64,000 bases of DNA from an uncultured delta proteobacterium (GCA_963775425.1 CAVZJB010000004.1:604677-668676); one strand, 5' to 3'. Shown: positions 47,823 through 62,063, numbered from the stretch's first letter. The notes: generated by a model from the letters alone, not told the origin. Translations and numbers: made by a program.

Positions 47823-49454
47823 GTGGCGGCTGTCGACGGAGGCGCGCGCGTCGGATATCGCCCCGCCGTGCTCCCGCACCGCCGCCCCGCGTCCCGCGCC
47901 GTCGCCGTCGTCGTCACCGCGACCGTCACGGCCATCGTCGCCGGCGCCGTCGCGGGCAGCGCCGCCGCGCGCGCCGACACGCTCGCCGAGATCAGGTCGC
48001 GCGGCGAGCTCCTGTGGGGCGCCGACGCGCAGGGCGGAGCGCCGTACATCTTTCAGGACCCCCGCGACCCCAACCACCTCGTCGGCTTCGAGGTCGACGT
48101 CGCCGACGCCATCGCCGCGCGCCTCGGCGTGCGCGCGCGCCCGGTGCAGGGCCCCTGGGACAACCTCCTCGAGCTGCTCGCCCGCGGCGACTTCGACGTG
48201 GCGCTGAACGGCATCGAGGTCAGCGACGACAAGCTGCAGGTCTGCGAGCTCACGACGCCCTACTACGTCGCCGCCGAGCGGCTCACGGTGCGCAGGGACG
48301 ATCCGCGCGCGCCGGCGACAATGGAGGCGCTCACAGGGCGCGTCGCCGGGACGCTGCCGGGGTCGATGGCCGAGCGCATCCTCCGGCGCGCGGGCGCCGA
48401 CGTGAGGACCTACGACGGCGGCCAGGACGACATCTACAAGGACCTGCTCCTCAAGCGCAGCGACGCCGTGCTCCTCGACAATCCCATCACCCAGTACTAC
48501 GGCGCCATCGAGCCCACCCTGCGCGTCGTCGACGGCTCGTTCGGCGAGGTGCGTTACGCCGCGGCCGTCCGCAAGGGTGACGTCGCGCTGCAGCAGGCGC
48601 TCGACGGCGCCCTCGCCGCGCTCGCGAAGGACGGCACCCTCCGCGGCATCTATCGGCGCTGGGGCCTGTGGAACAAGGAGACGGCGGCGGTGCTCCACGA
48701 CGAGGCCCACGCGCCGGCGTCGGCGCGGCCCGATCCCGGCGAGGCGCAGGCGTGGGAGGCGTGGCGCGAGGCCATGGGAAAGCGGCCGCCGTTTCTCGAG
48801 CGGCTGCGCGACGAGTACCCGTCGATGATGGGCTTGTTCGCGCGCGGCGCGGGGCTCACCGTGGTGGTCTGCGTGCTCGCCATGGCGCTCGCCGTCATCC
48901 TCGGCGTCGTGCTCGCCGTGATGCGCTCGTTCGCGCCGGCGCCGCTGCGCCTCATCGCCACCGGCTACGTCGAGCTGTTTCGGGGGACGCCGCTGCTCGT
49001 GCAGGTGACCATGATCTACTTCGGCCTGCCCGAGCTCGGCGTGAACCTCTCGCCCTTCGTCGCCGGCGTGCTCGCCCTCGGCCTCAACTACGCGTCTGCC
49101 GAGAGCGAGAACTACCGCGCGGGCTTCTTGAGCGTGCCGCTCGCGCAGCTCGACGCCGCGCGCGTGCTCGGGATGTCCACGCCACGGGCGCTGCGCTTCG
49201 TGGTGCTGCCGCAGGCGCTGCGGGTGGCGCTGCCGCCGATGACCAACGACTTCATCGCGCTGTTGAAGGACAGCTCCCTGGTCTCGCTCATCACGCTCAC
49301 CGAGCTCACCAAGACGTACTCCATCCTCGCGAGCTCCACGCGCGACCACCTCGGGCTCGGCGTGGTCGTCGCCGCTTGGTACCTCGTCATCGGCCTGCCC
49401 TTCGTCTTGCTGTCGCGCCGCCTCGAGGCGCGCTTCGGCAAGGGAGCGGCATGA
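47823..49454 (+). CDS. Polar amino-acid ABC transporter, fused substrate-binding/permease subunit (start uncertain)
   Basis: GFEVDVA SBP_bac_3 region; [36 protein letters not shown]. Confidence 0.92.
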   Translation: MAAVDGGARVGYRPAVLPHRRPASRAVAVVVTATVTAIVAGAVAGSAAARADTLAEIRSRGELLWGADAQGGAPYIFQDPRDPNHLVGFEVDVADAIAARLGVRARPVQGPWDNLLELLARGDFDVALNGIEVSDDKLQVCELTTPYYVAAERLTVRRDDPRAPATMEALTGRVAGTLPGSMAERILRRAGADVRTYDGGQDDIYKDLLLKRSDAVLLDNPITQYYGAIEPTLRVVDGSFGEVRYAAAVRKGDVALQQALDGALAALAKDGTLRGIYRRWGLWNKETAAVLHDEAHAPASARPDPGEAQAWEAWREAMGKRPPFLERLRDEYPSMMGLFARGAGLTVVVCVLAMALAVILGVVLAVMRSFAPAPLRLIATGYVELFRGTPLLVQVTMIYFGLPELGVNLSPFVAGVLALGLNYASAESENYRAGFLSVPLAQLDAARVLGMSTPRALRFVVLPQALRVALPPMTNDFIALLKDSSLVSLITLTELTKTYSILASSTRDHLGLGVVVAAWYLVIGLPFVLLSRRLEARFGKGAA

Positions 49455-50116
49455 GCGCCGGCGACGCCCAGGCCGACGGGCCGCGCGCCGTGCGCGTCGT
49501 CGACGTCTGGAAGACGCACAAGGGCGCGTCCACGCCCGTGTTGCGCGGCGTCTCTTTCGAGGTCGAGGCCGGCTCCATCGCCGCCGTCACCGGCAAGAGC
49601 GGCGCCGGCAAGACCACGCTCCTGCGCGTGCTCTCGGGCCTCGACCCGTTCGATCGCGGCAGCGTCGACGTCGGCGGCGGGCCGCTGCTCGGACACGTCG
49701 GGCTCGTGTTTCAGTCGCTGGAGCTGTTCCCGCACCTCACGGTGCTCGAGAACCTCCTGCTCGCGCCCGTGCGCGTCCACGGCCGGCCGGGCGGCGCGTC
49801 GCTCAAGCGGGCGCTCAGGCTGCTCAAGGACCTCGACGTCGGCGACAAGGCCAAGGCGTACCCGTCGGCGCTGTCGGGCGGGCAGAAGCAGCGCGTGGCC
49901 ATCGCGCGCGCGTTGATGGTGGAGCCGCGGGTGCTGCTCTACGACGAGCCCACCAGCGCCCTCGACCCCGCGCTCAAGGCGGAGGTCGGAAAGACGCTGC
50001 GGCGCGTGGCCGAGACCGGCATGACGCAGATCGTGGTCACCCACGATCCCGCGTTCGCCCGCGAGGTGTGCTCCGCGGTCTTCCACCTCGAGGACGGGGC
50101 GCTTTCGCGGAGCTGA
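49451..50116 (+). CDS. Amino-acid ABC transporter ATP-binding subunit
   Basis: [35 protein letters not shown]. Confidence 0.95.
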   Translation: MSAGDAQADGPRAVRVVDVWKTHKGASTPVLRGVSFEVEAGSIAAVTGKSGAGKTTLLRVLSGLDPFDRGSVDVGGGPLLGHVGLVFQSLELFPHLTVLENLLLAPVRVHGRPGGASLKRALRLLKDLDVGDKAKAYPSALSGGQKQRVAIARALMVEPRVLLYDEPTSALDPALKAEVGKTLRRVAETGMTQIVVTHDPAFAREVCSAVFHLEDGALSRS

Positions 50117-50122
50117 CGGCGC

Positions 50123-50605
50123 TCAGGGCGCGACGCCGCCCGTGGAGCCGCTCGGCTGGGCGTTGCCCGGCAACATGCCGGCCCACGTGTTGGGCGTGTC
50201 GGCGGCGGGATCGAAGCCAATCTCTCCCTCGAGCTGCTGCTCGGTGCCTTGCGCGGGATAGGGCGCCGAGCGCACCGCGATGCAGACGGCCGCGCGCTCG
50301 AGCACGGACCAGCGGCCGTCGCCGCCGCTGACGCTCGGCAGCTCGAGCAGGCCGCCGTCGGCGTCGGTGTGCACGTGCACCGTGAGCGTCTCCGGCGTGC
50401 CCAGCTTGCGCCAGCGCTCGAACGAGCGCGCCGTCGGGCAATTGAGCGGCGGCGGCGCGAGCCCCGCGTGGAAGGCGTGCGCCGGCGGGTTCAGCGGCTC
50501 GTAGCTCACGGGGTCGCCGCCACCCAACGTGGCGCAGCCGGCGACGATGACACTGCCCGCGATGCCGGCGGCGACGCGGACGGGCGAAGAGATCGTGCAC
50601 TTCAT
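50123..50605 (-). CDS. Lipoprotein with possible TonB/TolA C-terminal-like domain
   Basis: VAGC lipobox; VHVHTDADG..V.SGG...LERAA..AVR.APYP. Confidence 0.5.
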   Translation of the reverse strand: MKCTISSPVRVAAGIAGSVIVAGCATLGGGDPVSYEPLNPPAHAFHAGLAPPPLNCPTARSFERWRKLGTPETLTVHVHTDADGGLLELPSVSGGDGRWSVLERAAVCIAVRSAPYPAQGTEQQLEGEIGFDPAADTPNTWAGMLPGNAQPSGSTGGVAP

Positions 50606-50684
50606 GGGCGCGCATCTTGTCCCGAACGGGCCCGCGGAAAAAGAGACGCGCGTCGCCGCCGGGCCGCGGCCGCCGACAGGGGCG

Positions 50685-52666
<1,982 letters not shown>

Positions 52667-52670
<4 letters not shown>

Positions 52671-54076
52671 GGCCCGCCCCCGGCGAGGAACGTAGCGTCG
52701 AAGAGCAGCGGCACGCCGTCCTCGCGGATCTGCACGCCGCGCAGGTCGGGGTCCACGGTGAACCAGCGGTCGGCGGTCATCAGGGGGACCACGGTGCCCG
52801 CGTCGAGCCACGCGCGCTCGAGCGCGACCGCGGCGGCGACGCGGTCGTCCTTCGACGACGACAGGAGCCGCGGGTCTGCGAGGGCGCGGCGCGCGCCCTC
52901 GTCCTCGAGGAGCTCCTTGCGCTTGCCCGCCAACGACAACAGGGCGAGCGCGGGGTCCGACGTCGGCGGCCGCCAGCGCAGGATCTCCACCCCCTCCGTG
53001 AGCGCTTCGGTGCGGGACGTGCGCTTGATGTCGACGAGGACGCCGCGGTTCCTGAGGATGACCGCGAGGCGCTCGATCACGCCCTCGATGAGCGGATCGC
53101 CTTCCGCGCGGCGCACGGCGAGGCGCGGGGCGTCGGGCGGGAGCTGCGCGAGAGACAGCGGACCGAGCACCTCGGGCCCCTGCGGTTCCGGCAGCGGGCG
53201 CGCCGGCGCCACCCCCGGCGGCAGCAGGCCGTCGGCGGTGGCGCCGCGGCCCTGGGCGTAGGCGGCGGCGAGCAGGTCGCCGCGCAGCGCCTGGCGGAAG
53301 CCGCGCATGCCGTAGCCGCCGTCTTTGAGATCGAAGAGCCCGAGCACGTCGCGCCGCCGCGCCGCCGGCGACTGCAGGAGCACGACGACGTCGGGGAACG
53401 GCGCGAGCAGGATGGCCGTGCCGGGCGACTCGACGCCGCCGGCGACGACGTCGGCGTGGGGATCGTCGCTGGTGACGTCGATGCGCGCGATCTGCGGGAG
53501 CGGGCCGACGCCGCCGCTCGACCACGCCAGCGACGTGCGCCCGACGAGCGCGTAGCCGCCCGTGGGCCCCGACGTCGCCGTGCGCAGCGGACAGCCGGCG
53601 AGGAGCGCGGGCAGCGGGCCGACGGGCTCCGAGAAGCGCACCTTCACCTCGCCGCCGGTGACGAGGACCTCGGTGCTCACGCCGCGCGCCTTGAGCGCGT
53701 CGGCGGGCCAGCTCCCCTCGGTGCGCTTGGAGAAGCAGCGCGACACCGCTTCGCCGACGACGGCGGGGGAGGCGTCGACGACCATGCGCCAGGTGCGGTC
53801 GTCGTCCTCCGCCTGCAGCGTCTTGATGACGGGCGAGCGCCACTCGGGGAAGCCCGGGATGGGCGGGCGCGCCAGCGACGTGGCGACGTCCTCGTCGAGC
53901 GCGGGCTCCACCAGCGAGGCGTACAGGTGCGCCTCCATGGTGGGGCCCACGAGCTCCGGCGGCAGCGACACGGTGATCTTGCCGCCGAGCCCGGGCAGCC
54001 GCCGCGCCTGCGCCGGCGCCGCCACACACGCCGCCACGACGACGACGGCCGCGAGCCCCCGCGTCGCGCTACGCAT
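52667..54076 (-). CDS. Exported protein, divergent family-5 solute-binding-like
   Basis: Signal ending AQA; LYASLVE, RTWR, VRFSEP, PTGGY, VVPL placements resemble SBP_bac_5. Confidence 0.55.
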
Positions 54077-54123
54077 CGTGGCGCGCGCTCCCGTGGCGCG
54101 CGCGGCGCCGGTGGGTCGCGCCG

Positions 54124-55434
54124 TCACGGCGCGTACCTCAGGCGCCACGCCAGCGCTTCCTTGCCAATCTCCTCGACGACGACGACGTCGGTGCGCGGGC
54201 CGTAGTCGACGCGGCCGACCGCCATCGCCACCACGGAGCCGCCCGACAAGGCGCTGCGATACAGGAGCGTCGCCGACGACAGGTCCCCGTCCACGTGCCG
54301 CACCACGACGTTGTCGGGCTCGCCCGGCGGCGCCGCCGACGTGGTCACGAGCTCGGGCTCGCCGTCGCCGTCGAGGTCCGCGTAGGCGACGCGGTCGCCC
54401 ACGCGCTCGGTGGCGATCATCGTCGGCGGCTCGCCGCCCTTCTGCGACAGGAGCTGTCCGTCCGCGTCGACGACAATCCACGCGGTCGCCGGGCCCGCGA
54501 CGGCGACGAGGTCGCGCACGCGGCTCGGCAAGCCCGGCGTCCGGAGCACCTGACCGCCGAGCGTCACGAGCGGGAGCTGCACCTCGGGCGAGCCGAGGCG
54601 CAGCGCGCCGCACAGCGGGCCCAGCGACGACGGCGCGCCGCGGAAGGGCACGAGGTCGGCGGGCCCGGGCCCGAAGCGCTGGGTCTTGGTGTCGAACACG
54701 AGCGAGTGGCCCGCGCTCGTCACCACCCACAGCCGCGTGGCGTCGAGGCGCGCGAGCCAGCCCGCCGCCACCCGCGGCCAGCGCTTCTCCGGGAGCTTCT
54801 GCACGCTGCCCACGCGCTCCACGCGCGGGCCGCCCACGCGGAAGAAGCGCAGCCCGTCGACGCCGAGCAGCGCGAGCTCGTCGGCGCCGTCGCCGTCGAC
54901 GTCGAGCAAGGCGGCGTCGAGCACGCCTGCCGGCACCGCGCCCAGGCGCTCGATGACGAAGCGCGTCTGGGCCGGCCGCGCCTGCGCCCCGAGCGACGCC
55001 TCCAGCTCGCGGTCGATGGGGCGCGACACCGCCACCGCGCTCGGCCCGGGCAGGCCCGCCCCCTCGAGGATGGCCGTGGCCCACAAAAGCCCGCCCTCCT
55101 CGGACAGCGTGATGTGGCAGCGGAGCGCGCCGTCGGCGGACGGCACGAGCACCCCGCCGTCCCTCAGGCGCTTCTTCAGGCGCGTCAGGAAGCCGCGCTC
55201 GACCTTGCCCGCGTCGATGCCACGGCTCTCCTTGACGACGAGGTGCGTCGCCCCGGAGACCTTCTCGAGGCGGGCGCGACTCTCCAGGGAGGCGGCGACG
55301 TCGTCGACCAGGCGCAGCAGCGAGCTTTCGCCCACCGGCGCCTCCTCGGACGGCCCCGCCGCCGCCCACGCACCGCCGCTCGTGCCGGCGAGCACGACGA
55401 GCAAAGCGGCAGAGGCGACGACGCGAGGGCGCAT
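54124..55434 (-). CDS. Exported FG-GAP/VCBS repeat protein
   Basis: Signal peptide from ATG 55434; DVDGDGADEL and ADLDGDGEPELV. Confidence 0.75.
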   Translation of the reverse strand: MRPRVVASAALLVVLAGTSGGAWAAAGPSEEAPVGESSLLRLVDDVAASLESRARLEKVSGATHLVVKESRGIDAGKVERGFLTRLKKRLRDGGVLVPSADGALRCHITLSEEGGLLWATAILEGAGLPGPSAVAVSRPIDRELEASLGAQARPAQTRFVIERLGAVPAGVLDAALLDVDGDGADELALLGVDGLRFFRVGGPRVERVGSVQKLPEKRWPRVAAGWLARLDATRLWVVTSAGHSLVFDTKTQRFGPGPADLVPFRGAPSSLGPLCGALRLGSPEVQLPLVTLGGQVLRTPGLPSRVRDLVAVAGPATAWIVVDADGQLLSQKGGEPPTMIATERVGDRVAYADLDGDGEPELVTTSAAPPGEPDNVVVRHVDGDLSSATLLYRSALSGGSVVAMAVGRVDYGPRTDVVVVEEIGKEALAWRLRYAP

Positions 55435-55496
55435 GAGGTCCTGAGAGGATGAAACGCGCGAGGCCGCGGATCCAGTCCTGTGCCCCTCAAGGACCC

Positions 55497-58400
55497 TCAC
55501 CAACGCAGATCGGCGTCCACGTCCACCGTGATGTCGTCGACGAACATCTGGCCGCTGCCCTTGAGCGAATTCGCGGCGGCGTCGTCGACGTGGAAGCTCC
55601 CGGCTCCCGTGCTCGACCCGAAGATCACCGTGTGCTGCTCGCCTGTCTCGCTGTTGCCCGCCGACGCGTTCCAGGAGGGTGGGGTGCTGCCGGGCATCGA
55701 CAGATCGGTGTTCGACGTCGACGCCGAAGGGAGCAGGAAGAGCGCGGCGACGGTCCAGACGTTGAAGCACGCGTCCTCGCCGGTGTCCGGATCCTGGCGC
55801 ACGGTGTTGGTGCACGCGCTGAGCGTGATGTCCGTCGAGCCGTCCTGCTGCGGCGCAGGGTCCACCGCGAGCCAGAGCTCGGGCACCTTCTCGTCGGCCA
55901 CCGTGACCGAGAACAATCCGCTCGGCGCCAGCGAGCTGTCGCTGATGTTGGTACAGTCGGTGCGTCCGCAGGTCTTCCCGCACCCTTGCAGGAACAGCGT
56001 GACGCCGGCGGCGGCAGCCACCACGAGGAGCCCTCGGCACGAGCGGCGCCGGCGCAGGAGCAGCCACGCGAGCGCCATCGCCGCGGCGCTGCAAACGTCG
56101 CCGCCGCTCGCGGCGCCGCAGCCGCAACCGGAGCCGGAGGCTGCGCCTCCTTCGCCTTCGCCTTCGCCCTCTCCCTCGCCTTCTCCCTCGCCGGCCGACG
56201 AGGGCGCGTCGATCCAGGGATCGGTCCACGTTCCTCCGCGGCGAATCGCCATCGCGTTCGGGCCCGCGGCGCCGAGGGTGTGCACGGTCAACGACGCGAC
56301 GCCGCCCGTGTCGGGATCCACGGCGTACGGAGATGCGTCGCGGATGCCCGGCGTCGCGAAGCTCTCGCGGGAGGTCAGCACGGCGACGAGGCCGTCGGGG
56401 CGCCGCTCCACGTCGCCCACGACCATCGGCGCCCACGGCGCCGTGGCGACGACGGTGTCGCCGTCGTGACCGGTGCAGAACTCAGCGTCCGCGAAGCGCA
56501 GGAGCGATCCCGTCTGCTGCTGCAGCACCCAGAGGTTGCCGTCGGAGTCGAACGACAGCCCGGCGGCGATGACGGATGCGCCCGAGCCGGTTCCATCCGG
56601 CGCGACGCACGACGCGACGCCGCCGAGGTCGGCCACGCGCCAACCACCGTCGGGCGCGACGGCGAAGCGCACGGGCACGGTGACGGACCCGGGCAACGGC
56701 GTGGTGGTCGCGCTCTGGCTGGCCTCGTCAATCACGGCGATCGACGGCGGATCGGCGACGAGGACCTGCAGGTGTCCGTGGGCGTCGTAGTCGCAGTCGA
56801 CGGCGGCCGCGAAGTCCGGGTACTGCACGAGCTGTTGCGCGGCGCCGCGCGCGTCGGGCTCGGTCATCTCGAAGAGCGCGCCGTCGCTCGACGCGATGCA
56901 GATGCGACCGTCGTCGGCCACGCCGATGCCGGCGGCGGCGGTGAAGGAGTCGGGGAACGTGGGCCCCTGATCGACGTAGAGCTGGTAGGACAGCGCAGCT
57001 CCGCCGCGGGGGCCGATGCGCCAGAAGACGCCGTCGCCGAACGCCACGAGGTCGCCGGCGTCGAGGCCGAGATCGTAGCGCACCACCTCCAGCACGCCGC
57101 TCGAGTACGCGAAGAAGTTGCCGTCCCAGCCCGCGGACACGCCCACCTTGTCGAGCGCGCCGGCGCCCGGGGTGCGGTAGGCGTTGAACGAGCCGTCGCC
57201 GAAGCCGAACGCGGGGACGCCGAAGGTCGCCCAGAAGCCGCCGGCCCCGCCGTCGATCGGCACCGATTGAAAGGGCGCCAGGTGATACGGGTAGAGGCCG
57301 CCTGCCCCGTCGAAGTTCGGCAGCTCCACCAACGGATAATCGAGGAGATCGTCGATGACCACGGGATCGCGCTCGGGCGAGACGGCGATGAGCGGCGCGC
57401 CGTAGCGCGCTTCGAGCAGGATGAGGAAGCTGTTCGTGGTGGGCTCGATGCCGACGGGGAACATGCGGAAGAAGTCCTGGAACGCCGCGTCGATGCTCGT
57501 GCGCCCGGTGACCGGATCGCAGCTGCCGGTGACGTCGATGGCGCAATCGGCGGCGTTCATGTCGAACACCACCTTCGGCGGTCCGTCGCCGAACGCGAGC
57601 ACGCGGACGCCGTCCTGCACCCACAGGCGATCGCCGGCGCCGGGGATGACCTCGGGCAGGTTCGACAGCTCGGGCGCGAACGCCTGCAGGGCGGCGACGG
57701 TGATCACGTCCTCGACGCTGCCGTCGTCGAGAGACCAGCGCCGCACGACGCCGTCCTCGACGTCGATGAGGTGATGGCCGTCGGACGTGATCTCGCCGGC
57801 GCCGCCGTAGTCGAGGACGTCGGCGCCGGTGTGGTCGTAGCAGTGGTGCTCTGCGCACAGCACGTCGGCGGGAAACGACGAACGCGTCGGGACCGTGTCG
57901 GCCGGCACGCGGCGTTGGATGAGCGGCGAGAAGGCGAACTGCGTCGTCGGCGGGAGCTGACGTGTGGCGGCGTCGTCACCGGCCGCGAGCGGATCCGTAC
58001 CGAAGAGCATGACCTCGGTGCCGTCGTGGGTGCCGCCGCCGTCGCTGTCGCTGTCGAAGTCGGAGGTGCCGAGGGTCTCCTCGTCCAGACCGAGCAGGCC
58101 GTCGCCGTCGAAGTCCGCGGTGTCGCGATCGAGGACGAGGCGCATCGCGCGGCGCGCGCCCGCGCCTGCTTCGACGCCGTTCACCGTGAGGTAAGCCTCG
58201 CCGCCGGGGCCGGCGCGAAGCTCGATGTCGTCGCGAAAGACGGTGTTGAACGGCGGCGGGTCGCTGTAGCGATCGATCAGCTCCTCGGTGTGGAGCAGCC
58301 CCATGGGCCCGCCCTCGAGCGGGAGCACGCCGATGGCGGTGCCGGTCTCGGTGAGCACGGGATCGTCGAACGACGCCCAGGTGCCGCGGTGGCCCTCGAC

Positions 58401-59243
58401 GTACCCGAGGAGCAAGGTGTTCGTGGGCGCGTGCAGGACGAGGAAGCGCACCTGCGACAGCGGGAACTCCGTGGCCGTGAGCAGGGGGTCGACGCGGGTG
58501 GCCAGCACCTCGGGCCCGAGCAGCGGCTCGATGCTGCGATCGGGGGCCTGGTGCACGAGCCAGGTGAGCGATCCGCTCGGGCCGTTCCCGTTGCTCGTGG
58601 CGACGAGGGAGACCACGGCCCACAGCGCGTCGCTGTCGTCGATGACGGCGGCGCGGATCTCCCAATCCTCGACGTCGCCCGCGCCCTCGGGGAGACCGAG
58701 GAGGTCCTGCTTCCAGGTGGGCGAGCTCGGATGCAGCGGCGGGTTGAGCACGGAGGCGTCGAGGCGGATCTCCATCGTCGGCGGGCCCGCGTCGCCGTCG
58801 AAGCAGACGAGGCCGTCGGTGAATTGCCCGCACAGCTCGCGCCCGGGACCGGCCCAAGGGCCCTGTTGGCCGACGTAGGAGACGCCGGCGGGGAGCGGGT
58901 TGTCCGCGGGGAGCAGGCGGCCGATCTCGGCCGACGACGCGCAGGTGGAGGCGAAGAACTGAAAGTCGTTGCCCGGGCCGAACGTCGCCGAGACGTACTC
59001 GCCGTCGGGAGAGAACGCGCCGGCGCCGAGGTTGACGCCGGCGGCGTCGAGGCCTCCGAGGCTCGCGTCCCCTTGATCGCCGTTGGCGCACGTGCGGCCG
59101 AAGACGGCGCGTCCGTCGGCGTCGATGCCGTCGAGCGGCAGCCCTACGGAGCGCGTGAACGCGATGCTTTCGAGCGTCGTCTGGTCGGCGTGTAGCGCGT
59201 ACGGAGGAGCCGCGGCCACGAGCGAGAGCAGAGCGAAGAGCAT
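55497..59243 (-). CDS. Large acidic exported beta-propeller-like protein with GE linker, internal MYXO-CTERM-like motif and C-terminal lipoprotein-like module
   Basis: Signal peptide; DFDGDG..DSDSDGG..DG.E repeat; GLSFDSDGNLWV blades; GCGC..LAWLLLRRRR followed by LLVVAAAAGVTLFLQGC. Confidence 0.8.
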   Translation of the reverse strand: MLFALLSLVAAAPPYALHADQTTLESIAFTRSVGLPLDGIDADGRAVFGRTCANGDQGDASLGGLDAAGVNLGAGAFSPDGEYVSATFGPGNDFQFFASTCASSAEIGRLLPADNPLPAGVSYVGQQGPWAGPGRELCGQFTDGLVCFDGDAGPPTMEIRLDASVLNPPLHPSSPTWKQDLLGLPEGAGDVEDWEIRAAVIDDSDALWAVVSLVATSNGNGPSGSLTWLVHQAPDRSIEPLLGPEVLATRVDPLLTATEFPLSQVRFLVLHAPTNTLLLGYVEGHRGTWASFDDPVLTETGTAIGVLPLEGGPMGLLHTEELIDRYSDPPPFNTVFRDDIELRAGPGGEAYLTVNGVEAGAGARRAMRLVLDRDTADFDGDGLLGLDEETLGTSDFDSDSDGGGTHDGTEVMLFGTDPLAAGDDAATRQLPPTTQFAFSPLIQRRVPADTVPTRSSFPADVLCAEHHCYDHTGADVLDYGGAGEITSDGHHLIDVEDGVVRRWSLDDGSVEDVITVAALQAFAPELSNLPEVIPGAGDRLWVQDGVRVLAFGDGPPKVVFDMNAADCAIDVTGSCDPVTGRTSIDAAFQDFFRMFPVGIEPTTNSFLILLEARYGAPLIAVSPERDPVVIDDLLDYPLVELPNFDGAGGLYPYHLAPFQSVPIDGGAGGFWATFGVPAFGFGDGSFNAYRTPGAGALDKVGVSAGWDGNFFAYSSGVLEVVRYDLGLDAGDLVAFGDGVFWRIGPRGGAALSYQLYVDQGPTFPDSFTAAAGIGVADDGRICIASSDGALFEMTEPDARGAAQQLVQYPDFAAAVDCDYDAHGHLQVLVADPPSIAVIDEASQSATTTPLPGSVTVPVRFAVAPDGGWRVADLGGVASCVAPDGTGSGASVIAAGLSFDSDGNLWVLQQQTGSLLRFADAEFCTGHDGDTVVATAPWAPMVVGDVERRPDGLVAVLTSRESFATPGIRDASPYAVDPDTGGVASLTVHTLGAAGPNAMAIRRGGTWTDPWIDAPSSAGEGEGEGEGEGEGEGGAASGSGCGCGAASGGDVCSAAAMALAWLLLRRRRSCRGLLVVAAAAGVTLFLQGCGKTCGRTDCTNISDSSLAPSGLFSVTVADEKVPELWLAVDPAPQQDGSTDITLSACTNTVRQDPDTGEDACFNVWTVAALFLLPSASTSNTDLSMPGSTPPSWNASAGNSETGEQHTVIFGSSTGAGSFHVDDAAANSLKGSGQMFVDDITVDVDADLRW

Positions 59244-59607
59244 CGGACGAGCCTAGGCCACTCCGCCCGGCGCGACCCTCTCGCCGCGCGCCCTGTTTCA
59301 ATCTCCGACAGCCGCCAACCATGCGCAACGCGTGCGGCTACGTCACGAGGGTGCGAACCCGCGGAACAGCTCTGCGATCGCCGTCGCGCCAGGGAGGGCA
59401 GGCTCGATGTCCCTGCACAGAAAGGTTCGCTCTCTGCCACGAAAGGTCTCCCGCAAATCCGCGAGGCGACCGCCGATACCCCCCACGTTCTGCGCGATCG
59501 ACCTGTTGGCTGTGTCGAGGAGAGACTCGAGCGCGGGCGGCCCTAAGCATCGCGCGTGGCGTCGCCGAGCGGCCGCGCCGTCCGGCACATCGCCGGACGC
59601 GTGCGAC

Positions 59608-59656
59608 CGGCACCGGGCGAGGCCGCGGATCCCGTCCGCGGCCTCGCCCGGTGCCG
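59608..59656. terminator. Perfect 22-bp inverted repeat (terminator or REP-like) downstream of the TPR gene
   Basis: cggcaccgggcgaggccgcgga-tcccg-tccgcggcctcgcccggtgccg. Confidence 0.6.
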
Positions 59657-59707
59657 ATCACGAATCCGCAAGCACGCGCCGCAGCGCCGGGACGCGCCGG
59701 CGACCCT

Positions 59708-60859
59708 CTAGGGACGCGGCGCGGCCGGCGCCATGCGCGCGGAGCCTGACGGCATGCCCGTGAGCGCCTCCACGGCGGCGCTCACCGCGGCGGCGTTCCC
59801 CGGCAGCGGCGCCACGTGCGCCAGGGGCGCGTCGACGGCGGTGGCGTCGTCGGGCGCGCCGACGTCGTCTTCGCCGAGGTGGCCGGGGGCGGTGCCGCCG
59901 TCCACCGCGTCGTCGTCGACAGACCCGCTGTCCACGGGGGCCTCGTCGGCGTCGGCCGAGTGCGCGCTGTCGGGGACGAGGCCGTCGGTGACCACGGGCT
60001 CGCGCAGGCGAAGGATGGTCTCCGCCGACAGGATGCGCTCATCCTGCCCGAGCTTCTTCTGCAGGCGGTCGCGGTTGAGCATGGCCTGGAGGTACTTCGG
60101 AGACAGCTCCGCGGCGCGGGCGAAGGCGGCGTGCGCCTCGCCTTTGCGCCCGAGCCGCTCGTAGGCGACGCCGAGGTTGTTGAGCATGTAGCCCTGCTGC
60201 GGCTCGAGGGAGAGGCAGCGCTCGAGGTGCTCACGGGCGAGCTCCGGGTCACCGATCTGCAGCGCGGAGTAGCCGAGGTTGTTGTGCGCGTAGATGTTGT
60301 CCGGCTGCGCCTCTACGACGAGAGCGAACGCGTCGATGGCCTCCTTCCACATGTGCTGCTGCATGTACGCGCGGCCGAGCATCTGGCGCGCGCTCGGCTC
60401 GAGCGGCTCCTGGCGCACGAGCTCCTCGGCGTAGACGCGCGCCTTGGCGCCGTCCTTGTGATCGAGGAAGCGCTTCACCAGCGCCGTCCGCGCGGCGGTG
60501 TCTTGGGGATCGAACGCGACGGCGTCTTCGAGGCAGCCGACGCCGTCGTCGACGTTGCCGGCGGCGAAGTAGGCGTCGGCCTTCTCCCGCATCGCGCCGG
60601 CGCCGCTGACGCCGGCGCAAGGATCCTCCGGCTCGTCGGTGGCCGCGGCGAGCTCCGGCGCGGCGCGGGGAACGGCGTGCGGTTCGCCGTCGACGTGGGC
60701 CGCGTCGACGTGGGCCGTTTCGACGTGGATCGTGTCGGCGGTGTCGACGGCGTGCGCCGCCGGCGCGACCCGTGTGCGGGTGGAGTCGCTCGTCGACGAC
60801 GAGCATGCGGCGGGGGCGACGAGAGAGACGGTGAGCAGCAGGGCGTGACGAGTGAGCAT
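59708..60859 (-). CDS. TPR-repeat lipoprotein
   Basis: PAAC lipobox; AHNNLG, MLNNLGVAY TPRs; GAGGAGG RBS. Confidence 0.9.
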   Translation of the reverse strand: MLTRHALLLTVSLVAPAACSSSTSDSTRTRVAPAAHAVDTADTIHVETAHVDAAHVDGEPHAVPRAAPELAAATDEPEDPCAGVSGAGAMREKADAYFAAGNVDDGVGCLEDAVAFDPQDTAARTALVKRFLDHKDGAKARVYAEELVRQEPLEPSARQMLGRAYMQQHMWKEAIDAFALVVEAQPDNIYAHNNLGYSALQIGDPELAREHLERCLSLEPQQGYMLNNLGVAYERLGRKGEAHAAFARAAELSPKYLQAMLNRDRLQKKLGQDERILSAETILRLREPVVTDGLVPDSAHSADADEAPVDSGSVDDDAVDGGTAPGHLGEDDVGAPDDATAVDAPLAHVAPLPGNAAAVSAAVEALTGMPSGSARMAPAAPRP

Positions 60860-61000
60860 CCGGTTCCTCCTCAGGGTTCGCCGGAGTGCTCTTCACGCTC
60901 GATGCCAACGCGTCTCGCCGCGCGGTGCCGCGCGTTGCGTGCAGCACCGTGTCCCCGCGGACACGATCGAGTGTGGTCGTGGCAACGACGTCGACGTGAC

Positions 61001-62063
<1,063 letters not shown>

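Noticed and set aside
59244-59607. Long intergenic region as possible ncRNA or small ORFs
   Set aside because: No recognisable RNA family motif, and the short ORFs lack coding-type codon bias.
60893-60908. sigma54-like promoter (TTGGCATCGAGCGTGAA, minus strand) upstream of the TPR gene
   Set aside because: The -12 element is GA instead of GC; too weak to call without data.
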